Program-made: the position numbers and the translations under genes
Notes under the pieces: generated by a model
Told to the model about the DNA's origin: nothing
What the model saw: only the letters and a program-made list of their open reading frames with translations
Databases searched by the model: none
Shown here: piece by piece, positions 37,718 to 49,838 of the stretch
Layout: each line of letters starts with the position of its first letter
Position numbering within the stretch: the first letter of the stretch is position 1
From: Selaginella moellendorffii
Taxonomy: Eukaryota; Plantae; Lycopodiophyta
Length of the DNA: 64,000 nt
Direction: 5' to 3'
NCBI RefSeq assembly: GCF_000143415.4
Contig: NW_003314269.1
Span: forward strand, 7,341-71,340

Positions 37718-38998
37718 ATGATGAAGATGGACTACTCCAGCAATCCCGACACTCTCATCCCCGGCCTCAGGGACTCGCTCGCGTTGCAGTGCTTGGCTCG
37801 AGTGCCTCGGGCGTACTATCCAGCGCTGCGGCGAGTCTCACGGATGTGGCAAGGCACGCTTCTCGGCAGGCAGCTGTTCAAGCTCCGCAAGGACCTCGGC
37901 CTCCAGGAGCCATGGATCTACGTGCCTTTCAGCTCGAGCTCCACCTGCAGCAGCTGGCTGGAGGCCTACGATCCGGTGGAGAACGTGTGGCACGACATCG
38001 GCACCATTCCAAGCACAAACCCTGGCGAAGTTCTCAAATGCTTCGCGATGGTGCACATCAAGGAGCGGCTCTTCATCATCGGCGGCAAGATCAGCAGCAA
38101 AGATGGTGGAGACCTCTACACGTCGCGGAAGGTCCGGGCCTTGAACACCATCACAGGAAAGTGGAGCCAGTGCGCGAGCATGTCGGTTCCTCGTGTCGAC
38201 TTTGCATGCACGGTGTGCAACGGGGTCATCTACGTCGCCGGCGGGCGCACGGGCCTCAGGCACGAGAGAGGGATCGATCTCGCCGAGGCCTACGTCCCAG
38301 CGCAGAACGCATGGATTCCTCTCCCGGCCATGAACATCGCCCGCTACAAGTGCGTGGGAGTCACCCTGGAGAGCAAAGTCTACGTCATTGGCGGCTTCGC
38401 GCTCGCGGGAAGCTCGTCCGGCATCAACGAGGAAGATGATTCTCTGGAGAACGACGACGCGGAGACGATGAGATACTGCTGCTCGCCTGTGGACCGGAGC
38501 TCGGTGGACGTGTTCGACCCGGCGATTGGAAGCTGGGGGCTGGCTCGAGCGATGTGGCAAGTTGACGTGCCTCCCAACCAGATCGTCGCGGTGGAAGGGG
38601 TGCTCTACAGCTCCGGGGACGTGCTGAGCGCCTGGAAGGGACGTGTGGAGCAGTACGATCGTGGGCTCAACATATGGAAGATTGTGGATGGATCGCAGCG
38701 GCTCCAGCCCGTGTCGAGGGCCGAGAACAGCAGGTTCTGGGAATCATCACGCAAGTGGCAGCAGTGCTACCTCACCATGGCACAGGTGGGGAAGTCATCA
38801 CTCTACTTCATTGGTGGCTACAGGAAAGCTGGTCATGATGACGAAGGATCCGGCGAAAGCTACACCATGAGCGACCGAGGAGTCACCTTGGAAGTCGTGA
38901 GCGTTTTCGATACGAGGGAAGGGAAGTGGCGCAGCACGGAGACGCCGTCCATGGCTGGGAAGGAGCTTTGCAGCCACTGCTGCACGTTAGAGCTCTAA
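37718..38998 (+). CDS. F-box/kelch-repeat protein
   Basis: LIPGLRDSLALQCLARVP F-box and kelch GG repeats (FIIGG, YVAGG, YVIGG). A short upstream exon ending near 37601 is possible. Confidence 0.9.
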   Translation: MMKMDYSSNPDTLIPGLRDSLALQCLARVPRAYYPALRRVSRMWQGTLLGRQLFKLRKDLGLQEPWIYVPFSSSSTCSSWLEAYDPVENVWHDIGTIPSTNPGEVLKCFAMVHIKERLFIIGGKISSKDGGDLYTSRKVRALNTITGKWSQCASMSVPRVDFACTVCNGVIYVAGGRTGLRHERGIDLAEAYVPAQNAWIPLPAMNIARYKCVGVTLESKVYVIGGFALAGSSSGINEEDDSLENDDAETMRYCCSPVDRSSVDVFDPAIGSWGLARAMWQVDVPPNQIVAVEGVLYSSGDVLSAWKGRVEQYDRGLNIWKIVDGSQRLQPVSRAENSRFWESSRKWQQCYLTMAQVGKSSLYFIGGYRKAGHDDEGSGESYTMSDRGVTLEVVSVFDTREGKWRSTETPSMAGKELCSHCCTLEL

Positions 38999-40650
38999 AA
39001 CAAGTGAAGACGAGCAGACACAACACACAAGATACACTTTGGCGCTGGTGCTCGCCAGGTGAGTGAGAAAAGGAGTTTTCCAGTTCTTTTGCTTTGTTTT
39101 TTTTTTTGTAACTTAAGCTTGGATGCCAGGTGAAGGAACTGGTCGTGACGTCGATCGGGCGGCGGCTGCTGCTGTTACCGCTGCATCCTTGGCCGGATTT
39201 CCAGGACGGGGCATTCAGCTCGAATCGCGTCGGCAAACTCCAAAAGGTTTTTACAAGCACAAATATGCGCTGCTGTTCTGTTTGCTCCTGCAACAATCCA
39301 GTACTGGAGCTTGCTCGAGTGGCCGGAGAGGAGTAAAGAAATCGTATCCCTTCCCTCCTCCTCCCCTCTCTTCTAAAATATGTTATGTTGAAACCGATGC
39401 TGTTGCTGGCTGGTACAGGGTCGCGTGGATTCATGTGATTCTGTTGTTTAGTTTTGTGTGTCTCAGTAGGTAGTTACTCAGCGCATAATCACCCAAGAGA
39501 GCTTGTTTTCTCTTTCAAAACTTGTTTGTGGAGGACATGATGTACATTGTTTGTGGATGTTTGGTTTCATGTTAATAGTAAAGATAAGCTGGCAATTTTG
39601 ACTTTTGATCTGTTCTCTCTGAGCGACAACGATGCTGGCTGGTTAGTAAATTAGAGTTCGGTAATCAAATCACTAAACACATATAGTGGATGTGGAGTGG
39701 ATCATGGGCAAGTGCGATATTTCCTTGATTTTTCTTCCACCAGCGTACGGACGAACAAGTAAACCAAAACAAAAGCAAAGAGGTCGAAGAGGCATCAACC
39801 ACAAACTCTTTCTTCAGCAGTGGAGTGGACCCACAAACCACACATTCACACATCAAAGCACACTTGTTGTTTTGACGGATCAATCCAATCCCATCCCAAC
39901 GAATATATATGCTGCACATCTCTCTCTCTCCCAAAACGATGCGGCCCCCGGAATGGACAACGCCTTTCCCGCCCCGACGGTTTGAATTTGAATTCAAATT
40001 CGAATTCGAATCCCCGTCCGTACCGCTCACGAAAACCCCATGGCCTCCTCTGCTACGCGCACGGATCTTCTCGTGGAAGACCAAACAATCTCTCGGGTAA
40101 ATTCCTTCTTTAAAGTGGATTTGGCCCTCCAAGTGATTCTTAAGTACATGGGCACAAAATACAAGCCTCTTGCTTCGTCAAACTGCTGGAATCAAAGGCA
40201 TGGATCCACCAAGACTCTTCTCCCTCTCTCAAAAAAGTAGCAGAAAAAATTGCAAAGCAAAGTAGTACTACCTAAAAGCAAAACTTAAAACCGACCCCCC
40301 AATGAAGAACAAAGAAAGAATTTGATCCCCCCCCCCTCCAAACAACTAAGACGTTGTTAATCACTCTAGCTAAAGACTCGTTCTCTGGAAAATGTAGCAA
40401 AGAACAAGCAGCGAAACCAGTAGAATGGAAACGAAGAAGAAACGAAGACGAAGAAGAAAAGAATTAAGTAGAGAACCGCCACTCTAGCAACTTCGCGTAA
40501 AGAATACGAATTCTCTGCCTGATCTCTCAGTCCTCCCGGAGAAGAAAGGATCAAACGAAAGGAAGGAGCGAAGGAAGGAAAGAAGAAGTTAAATAGGCCT
40601 AACCTCGACTCGCTCGATGGATGATGGATGATCGATCGGTCGATGGGGAT

Positions 40651-41839
40651 TCAGGCGATAAGCACCTCCTCCTCGGCAATCTCCCCCTCGGCCTCCTCCT
40701 TGAGCTGCTTCATCACCACCATCTCCCGCTGCCGCCGCATCTCTAGCACCTTCCTGTGCGAGTTGGAGTGCTTGTCCGACACGAAGCTCGGGCTCCCCGC
40801 GGGCCGGTACTCGGGCAGCAGCCGGCCCGACTTAAACCGGACACCGCACGCGTTGCACAGCGTCTTGGGTCCCAACGGACCGGCTCGCCACTGTGGAGTT
40901 TTCTGCGTCTGGCAGTGGCTGCACTTCCTCGATGGCATCTCTGGCAGGCCATCGCCGGACTGCTGCTGCTGCTGCTGCTGCTGGTGATAGCTTTGATGAC
41001 GTTGAGCCACCCCCTGGTTTTGTCGCTGCTGGGCATCTTTGCATTGCCTCTTGGCGGCCGGGAGCCTGATCAGCCCATCGTCGTCCTGATCCTCCGTCAC
41101 CACCTCGCTCTCCGTCGACAGAGCACAGTCCGACTCGTGAGTCTCTGAGTGCTCGTCCTCCTCCTCTTCCTCCTCTTCGTCTTCCTCATCTTCCTCCTCT
41201 TCGTCCACCTCATATTCCTCCTCCTCAAGCTCCACATCTGCGTCGTCGTCGTCGTCGTCATCGTCGTCCTCTACGTCCTCCTGCTCTTCATCGTCCGTGC
41301 TCGCTGTGTAGCTGGTCTTTGTGGGCGTTATGGTCCGCCCCCTCTTGCTCCTCCCCGTGCTCGAAAACACGTTCTTCACATCGCCGCCGGCGTGGACCGA
41401 GGAGATTGAAACCATGGCTGACCTCTCCGATGTCGCGCAGCTCTCCAGCACAGACACCGGGCTCATCATGTATAGCTGCTCTTCCTGCTCCTGCTGCTGC
41501 TGCTGCTGCGCTCGTATCCGGTTCTTTTCCTCCTCCCGGGCCGACGAGCCCAGCAACACCTTTGCATTCCCGAAATCGAACCATCCCAGCTCCTGGAAAC
41601 ACACAAGCACAATCCGCATGAGAAACTCCACACCCAAGAAAAAACAGAGGCAGCAAGAAACACAAGAAACGTACCGGAGCGCAAAAACTCCGGCTGTCGA
41701 TGAGCGAAGACAGCCCGCTAGAATCGCTGTTCTTGCTGCTGTCCTCGAGATCGCATATCGGACCCGCGAGGCCGTCCTGCGAGAAATCCAGCAGCTCCTC
41801 GATTCCAAACGAGTCCAAGCAGCAATCGGCCTCCTCCAT
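40651..41839 (-). CDS. GATA zinc-finger transcription factor (class A); exons 41839-41675, 41592-40651
   Basis: [42 protein letters not shown]...[12 protein letters not shown]; N-terminal [10 protein letters not shown]; acidic tract. Confidence 0.93.
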
Positions 41840-42791
41840 TAAGCTCGCCCAAGAAGAAACCCGTTGTCAAGGCGCCGTGTGGCTGCAGGAAGAAGAAACC
41901 AACAATGGAAGAGGAGTGAGTCAAAAGATATGCCGATTCAGCACGACCCACAAAAGCCAGCCGCACAAAGAAACAAAATGCCCAACAGTAGGCAAATGCA
42001 ACATGCCAAGCACAAGCAATTCCGCTCCATCTCTCTGCCCACCCGGCCGTCGCCCAGTCCTCGCACCTCTTTCTTTTTTCTTCCTCCTCCCAGCTAAGTA
42101 AGTAGCGAGCTAATTTTTTTCTCCTCTCCAGCTCTCTCTTTGCTTTTCCCTTAACAACACCAACGACACCAACACCACCATGCAGTGGTGCCCCACACGC
42201 AAAACATGCTGTTACCCATTATCCACTGAACGCCATGCTGCCACACGAAGAAAGTAATAGCAACGCCGGCCGGTTCTTCTTCTTGTTCTTGATGATCGAA
42301 CCAAAAGAACCGCGCCGCTACGCCACGCCGGGCGATATTACACTCGCTCTCTCCCCTCTCACCTCTCTCTCACCCCTGGAAATGCCAAGAACGGCCGAAA
42401 TATCTCTCACGCACAAGCAACCACACGCAAATTGCATGACAGAGGACGGACGAAACGGCTAGAACTGAGAGATGGACACTCACCGGAGAAGCCGCTCGAA
42501 ATTTCGCTGCGATGCCACCGATTCCCGATAGCGCGGCGGCGCGGGGAGAAAAGAATCGCTCGCTTGCGAGTGAGCTAGGAAGCTGGAGCTAGGCGATGGC
42601 GCTGCGTCGTCGCTGGAGAAAGAAATCTTGGCGCTTCGAGAAAGGGGATGACCTAGAAAACCCAGCGCTGTGTGTGCCGTCGCCAAAAACCCACAGGGAA
42701 GAGCTATGTCCGTGTTGTGTTCATCCAAGTTGAAATTTTAACCCCGGATTAATCCCCCACTCCCCATTTGGACAGCATCTGCCGCTGCCGC

Positions 42792-42916
42792 TGACGTGGC
42801 GCGCCACCGTTGGCCGATCGACGTAGCCGTGCGGTTGTAACCACCGGATGCGCGGCCACGTCTGCGGCAATGCCCCGCGCTTTTGGCCTTTGAATGGGTC
42901 GCCCTTTATTACGTGG
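42792..42916. promoter_or_regulatory. ACGT (G-box/ABRE-like) cluster upstream of GATA gene
   Basis: TGACGTGGC, GACGTAG, GCCACGTC and TACGTGG within 125 bp. Confidence 0.35.
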
Positions 42917-43740
42917 TCACCACTATTTTCGGGCGCCGGTTATGATATGGAGTTAAAACCGCGGGATGGAAAAAATCACACGCCCGTTTACGGACCGTTG
43001 GATGGTAGAGGTAGGTGAGCTCCCACCGTCTGATGATTCCATTCGTCCACGAGAAAGGCCGCTTTGCAGGTTCGAATCATGGCGTGACAAGGATCAGGTG
43101 TAAAACTTAAGGCTAAAAGTACGCGTAATTTCTACTCCATGGCTTGGCTTGATACTTCAAACCCAAAAAGAAAAATTTTACCAATACATCACAAGCTTTA
43201 TTTCTATTTTACACGATCATCACATGGTTGCCAGGACATTTATACTCTTCTTTCTTACCAAACCTGGCTGGGCGGCGGTTAAATCCGCGCGGTTTCGTTT
43301 TTACCTTTATTCTTTTACTGCGTATTCGACGAAAAGGAATTTGAAATGGGGTGTCACCTTTCGCTGGTGTCGCTTATCATGTAAGAGATCGCTGGCGGCC
43401 GCTGGCTGACCTAAAAAAAATTTCTGGCCAAAACGCTGGCATTGTCTCGTGGGTCTCCTTTTTAGAGGCGCTGTTGTGAGTGGGTTCTGGTAAGTTGGTA
43501 TTCAAACGGGAGCTGGTAACTTTCTCGATTTTACCCAGTGAAAGTTCCAGGCAAGTTTTTGACCAGACCCGAAAGACTTCAAACAAAGCGCGTGTCGACG
43601 AGTTTAGAACGAGTAAATCTGGGACGCCGGCTGATAGAGTCCTAGCTGACAAATTTTGTGGAGGGTCCATTCTGATATGCCGGGTATAACAAGTCATGTG
43701 AGGAGTGTACGAGATGAAAATGAAAACCACGGGATCTTCC

Positions 43741-45077
43741 TTAGAGCTTGGACTTGAATCCCAGTTTCTCGTGCCTCTGGGCCTCGTAGTTTGACGCTGC
43801 CTTTCGCAGGAGCTTGTGGATTTCGCCGAAGTGTGGCGACGTTGCTTCCTCCGTGTCGATTAGCCACTGTCTTAGCTTTGGAAACGGACTAAGAAGATCC
43901 GAGAGTTTTGCTGCACCGAGAAGCTGGAGAGTACAAAAGAGAGGTCGCTGAAGGAGTGCCGAAATGGAAAGAGATTACCTCTAGCTGCGTGATTTCACAG
44001 CACAAGCTGAGATCGGCAATACTTGGTTTGAAGGAGCCACCGAGAAACTTGGTGCCACCTTGCAGCCACACGTCTTCTATCTTCGACAGGGAAGATCTTA
44101 GCAGTTTCTCGGAGTCACTGGCCAGCTTTGGATCTTTTGACAGTCCAAGAACTGGTGCGAGAACCAAAGCCATCACCAAACCAGCTGAAACTTGACACGA
44201 ATCAGCAAAAAACTTCTACTCAGTGACACCGTCAATTTACCTGCGCCGCGTCGTAAGTTCGCATGATGCCAATCGAGGATGCTGTCAATACGAGCTCGTC
44301 GAGATAAATCCGAGGGATACCTGGACAGCGAGGAGACACTTATTTATGATTAAGCCAAGGAAAAACATACCAGTGGTCGGGGACTTTAGGATAAGTAGCT
44401 GCAAGGTATCTGAGGATAGCATGGCTGCAAAGAGATTTTGTTTAAGGACCTGGAAGATGTGACAGCACAAACTAGACCTTTCAAACAGTTTAAATCCATG
44501 GTCGACAATAGCAGGCACCTGGCCCATCGGATTGATAGCTACAATCAAACAAAACTTGGATTTCATAGGAGACGAAGAGGATACATACCTTTAAACTCGG
44601 GAGTCCTTTGCTGGCCTTTAGCTACGTTGACAACGTGAATCTCGGCATCGATGTTGTTGATCCTGGAGCAAAGATCACAACAACAACAAACGAATAGAAG
44701 TAAAACGAATACATTAAGAGAACAAAAACGATCGAGCTAAAACGCAGCCAAAGATCAATCGATTTGATTGATCCTCCAAAAAGAACAAAAAAATAAAGAA
44801 TCGAATGCTGGCGAAGCTAGAAAATGTTAAGAAACGCAGGCAAATCATCACTCGATTTGATTGATCCTCAAAAGACAACAGGAGGAAAAAAAATCCATGC
44901 ATCGATCAAGCAAAAATCCTGGCGCAAAGAAATGCGCCTTTGTAGTGATCAAGAGGGAAGCAAATCAATCTATAGAACTTACCGGCAGAAGATGAGAATC
45001 GCTCGCGACGGCTGCGACATGAAATCCACATAGAGATGGAGCTTGGAATCCCTCTTGTGCGGCGGCGCCAGCGCCAT
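43741..45077 (-). CDS. GSTT: Theta-class glutathione S-transferase, peroxisomal (C-terminal SKL), 7 exons
   Basis: YVDFMSQPSRAILIFC, INPMGQVPAI, ESHAILRYL, LDWHHANLRRG, PSIADLSL; ends ...FKSKL*. Confidence 0.92.
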
Positions 45078-46397
45078 CGCCACCGTCTCTCACTCGCTAT
45101 CAAGCTACACAAATAAAAACCCTCGCGGCTATGGTGTCAGGAAATATTTCCACTCCAGCCACGATCTTTCCCACTCGCTACGCTGCAGCTGGCGGATCGA
45201 GAGCAGCAACCCGCGAGGGATGAACTGCTAGGGCTTATCGCCGAGGAGAAGAGGAATAAAGAGAGAACTCTTCGCGCTGGCAACCACCGATTCGCGGCTG
45301 TGGAGGATGCTGTGGACGACCGAGAAGGAGCGCCCCTATTTGGCACTCGCGCTAGCGACATTCTCCAGGTGAGGAGATAAATTCTAACGTGGAATTCCAG
45401 TTAAGATAAAGGGAAAATTACTTTTCCTTCAAATTTGCATGAAGTTTTGAAAGCCATTTCAAAAGCATATTCTGTTTTAACTTATAAAAAATAATGCCCA
45501 CGGCTAAATGGATTTTACTTAGTCATGAACTTATTTTAAGGGTATGCTATGATTCAATTAAAGATTTATAACATAGCTATTGTTGGACAAAAGGCTTATT
45601 TTGCTCAATCAAGACTTTTTGTGAATGAGCATTCATGTGGTCTGATTGAGTATTTAGGATGTCAAATAAAAATTGAGTTTGCATTAAAGATTTCAAGAAT
45701 TAGAAATAAGATTTTCATTATGGGTGTTGTGGCCAATGTGGTTATAATTGACACACATGTATTTGAAGTTTAAAAACTTTTATTGATTTTCTTATCAACT
45801 TTTAGCTATAAACATAATATAGAAGATATTATAATATCCAAATTTTAGAAGCTTTTTTGCAATTTTAAAACTTCTAGGGACATATTTGTTAAATATTCAA
45901 AATTTTAGAGAAGATAAAATCCTATGGTTATGGGTTTGATACTTGGGAGATTCCTTCATAAAGAGTGGTAAGTTTTTACAAACTTTGCTAATAGCCCATC
46001 ATTTGTCTTCATTGTTAATATTCAAGTTTTATACTTTCTATATTACATAGCTCTACTAGGTTTGAATCATTATACTTGAATGAGCACCATATGATTGGAT
46101 TTATGAAGCAGACTTTATAGAGTTCCACTTTTGCCCAACTAAAATTCTATATGGATGCAATGCATTATTTCCTGTCTTTGTGTCCCTAGTCTTTATTGTC
46201 TTGTTATAATTGTTCTATCCCTTATATGATTTGCTATAAATAGTTTCAATCACTAAGCATAGATATTTAAAAGTGTAGATGTTGAAGGATGGTAAATATC
46301 CTCTAATTAGTTGAGATTGCATTGCTAATATAAATGTCACTTGTGTGGTGTGTTATCCAAATTCTACTTATAGGTAGTATGCCCCATAACAATTAGA

Positions 46398-47483
46398 TGT
46401 AAACAATTAAATTTTTCATTCTACTTTAGTCACTTAACTATGTTTTTGACCACTTGGAGGAGTTTCCTTCACAACCTTCATAAATTCTCATCTCGACTTA
46501 GGGACTTGCTCGCCCCCAAATATGCTCTTATAACTACACTAATTGGCAAAGACGAATAAACGTGGAAACCACCACTATAGCTCTGGCACCAGTTGCCTAG
46601 AAGCGACAAAACATATATCTCCCAAAGTCCCTCAAATTCCCCCTCAAGGACTTCGACCACATAGACTATAACAGACACAAACATAAGCTTCAGTTCGACT
46701 ATAACCCCTTATAAGACACAAATCCCAAAGCCCTAAAAGTGGAGCTGAAAGAGTGCGTGGCTGAAATAGAAGCCAAACAAGAGTAACATGTTTGGACTAA
46801 AAGCTCTGACTTGGACAGTCGGGAGTGGGAGTGCAACTCCTAACGAAGTGCTTGAGGAATGAGCATGAAGCAAGTAGTAAGTGAGTCTTTAGAAAATGGG
46901 ACACAAGAGGACCAACATATGATATGTGGAGGAGTTTGAGATAAAGTCTGAGAGGGACCTGAGATGGAGTCCAAGATGGACCCGAGATGGACCCGAGATA
47001 GAGTCTGAGATGGAGTCTGAGATGGAACCGAGACCGAGTCCGAGTCCAAGACTAAGACTGAGTCCAAGACCGAGTCCGAGTCCAAGACTGAGACTGAGTC
47101 CAAGACCGAGTTCGAGTCCAAGTCTAAATACTAATATAGGCTGTTGGGTGAAAGCCTAAAGCAATCGTCCCCCAGGGTAGGGGGGGGGGGCGGCACTGTA
47201 GGGGGTTCCAAAAGTATAGTAGGGAGAGTGTGGCGGTTGGATCCTAGTGGAGCCAGTTTGGCTAGGAAAGGCCAATTTGGCCCAGGAAGGCTATACCTAG
47301 CTATTGGGTGATGAGATAACCACTAGGAAGTCTAAGGCTAGAGTGAATAAGGACCGACAAGCAAGGTAACTTGATGAAATGTTCAAGAGCCGGCTCTAGT
47401 CCCCCCGAGAGATCAAATGATCAATGCTCCTAATCCAAGCGTGGGTGGCACTACCTACTTCCTACTTGGATACTTGGTGTGGC
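46398..47483. mobile_element. Decayed LTR pieces of the 4827-6582 family (46398-~46530 same orientation; 46710-47483 inverted)
   Basis: ttttcattctactttagtcacttaac matches 4841-4867; reverse-complement satellite gagatggagtc at ~46950-47120. Confidence 0.8.
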
Positions 47484-49838
47484 TGTAGCGCACATGAATT
47501 TGGAGCCGAACTCCAAGCCAATTGCACTATAAAACAAGGGTCCGGTACAATCCCACGAGCACTAGCTCCCCGTATCCAGCATCTGCACGCAAAATGATGT
47601 CCGACGGAGTTTCCGTCTGACACAATTTTGGCATACCGGTGGTCTAACGCGAGGAGGAGGGTACCCCACCGACTAGAGCAGCGTGGAGCTTAGGCTTAGA
47701 CCCAAGCTGGACGCAGAACAAGGAGCGACACAACCTAGTGGGAGCCAAACTAATGTTTCAGGTGGTCGGACATACATTCCAACCACTATCCCTACTATAC
47801 ATTTGGAATCCCCCTCCCCCTTGAAGAACACACGCTTTGGGCTTTCACCCCAAGCTTCCCTTAGTATTAGGAGTTAGTCTTTGGGATAAGCTCGAAACTT
47901 ACTAAATATGGAATGTCCCTAGATTGCGAATTTGGACACAGGGCAAACACCATTGTGTTAAGGCCGAACTCTACATTCCATATATATGCTAAATGAGTAA
48001 ATCTAGACACTTTCCATAAATAGCATTTGGGACCGAAATGAGACTAACACAAAGGGTGTGATAGCGAGGGTGTTTGGCAGACACAATAATCTATCATCCA
48101 GTGATATTGAGGGACTAGTCTCAATATGCGAGGGTTCTTGTCACTAGCAAGTGCAAGACAAAATGAGATAAGAACTTCTTACCGGGCTAAATATGCTTAG
48201 TTAATAGTACGTAAGAATTCTGTCTTTATGCTCGTCCAGTCTAAGTACACTCGAAATGCCCAGTTAACTCCACTAGCACAAGAGGGGCTACCAAAGGGAT
48301 CCAACTGTACCAACTTCTTGCCGTCATGGCAGTAAGGAAAGAATGTCTATAAGGACTGGCTGACAAGTATCTTTCGATACCTGAAGTCACATTCGCAACA
48401 CTCTCCCCCCCTTGGGGAAGATCAACATCCTCGTTAATGCATACCCGAGTCTAGCAAACCGTCAAGGAAACAACTTCGAAAGTTAACGGAAAACACACTA
48501 TGTTGGAAACACACCGACTTAAATGAGTTATGGAACGACCTCTCTTCTACGTCCAAAGACGTTAAGACTCAGACACCCTCCGGCCATTACCGACAAGGAA
48601 ATGACTAACGGAGTTAGCCACCCTTGCAGCTTCGAGTACCACTCAGCTTACAAAGGAATGATACATCCCTGCTCGCAGGTACATAGGGAGAAGGCCAGAG
48701 ACTTAACTGCCCTTGAACAAGAAATCAACCCCCGTCGGGAAGATTTAGACAACTATTATAAACTGGCAAATTAAGTTGTTTACATGACCATGCCCCTTTT
48801 CAAAAGTGAGTCATCGAGAGAGAGGTGGGGACTTGTGATCAGTCTATAATAGTTATCCCCATGGTTGTGGATTGGACCCATGCATTGGATCCAATCCACA
48901 ACCATGGGGATAACTATTATAGACTGATAATATAGACTAACCGAAGTGCCAAAGTCAGCCTACCAAAACTGACCCAAGTACTAACGAACAAGAGAAACGA
49001 CACTTTGATGTATAGAAATATATTACTTTATTAATTTGCAAAATTTATTACAAGATTTACAATAGTTAATCTTTATTACGATTCTCATACTTCGTGACAA
49101 GCTCACGAGCATGTGTAAGATTCCTAAGAGGTTCCCAAATTGATTCACAAGATGGGTAACCTTTCCACTTAACTAGATATTCCTTCGCACTAGCCTGTCT
49201 TCGAGACCGAGCATCCAAGATAACTTCAACTTCATATTCTGGTTCACTGTCCACAACATTTGGTGGCAAACAAATCTTCCCGTGTCGAGCAACATCCATA
49301 GTGTAAGGAGCCAAGAGATTGGCATGAAATACAATATGAATATGGAACATCTCCACAGGAAGGTCCAACCGATAGGATACATCATCAATTCGTTTCAACA
49401 CCTGATAGGGTCCAATATATCTCAGTAACAGCTTCTGAGACAAAGATCCCTTAATATTCAAGTTCCGGGAAGATAGCCACACCTGATCTCCCACTTGATA
49501 GGATACATCCCAACAATGCTGATCCTTATCATGTCGATACCTATCCTAAGCTTTGCCCATTGCCTTAGTAGCTCTAGACCAACCTTGGCATAGCTGCTCT
49601 GCATAAGTCTCAACAGCTGGGACCAACACTTCAGACATTGGTTTCGGTACAACAATCTATTAAGGAACCCCATGAGCATTTCCTTGCAGCATCTCCCATG
49701 GAGAACAGTGAATAGCATTGTGAAATGTGTTGTTATAACAAATTTCTACTGTGTCTAAATGCTCAACCCAGTGGCATTGGTCTGCTGTGACATAGTATCG
49801 TAGATAATCCTCAACTTGAGCATTCACGCATTCAGTCT
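47484..49838 (-). mobile_element. Ty3/gypsy chromovirus 3' portion (integrase C-terminus, chromodomain, PPT, 917-bp LTR 47484-48400)
   Basis: GDQVWL, YIGPY, EYEVEVILD...YLVKWKGYP; PPT at ~48401-48415. Confidence 0.9.
48838..48928. repeat. Perfect 39-bp inverted repeat, 13-nt loop
   Basis: 48838-48876 is the exact reverse complement of 48890-48928. Confidence 0.95.

Noticed and set aside
39981-40011. Palindromic TTGAAT/TTCGAA run
   Set aside because: Short low-complexity repeat; heat-shock-element resemblance is unsupported by context.
43063-43089. tRNA-like GCAGGTTCGAATC
   Set aside because: Isolated T-loop motif with no cloverleaf.
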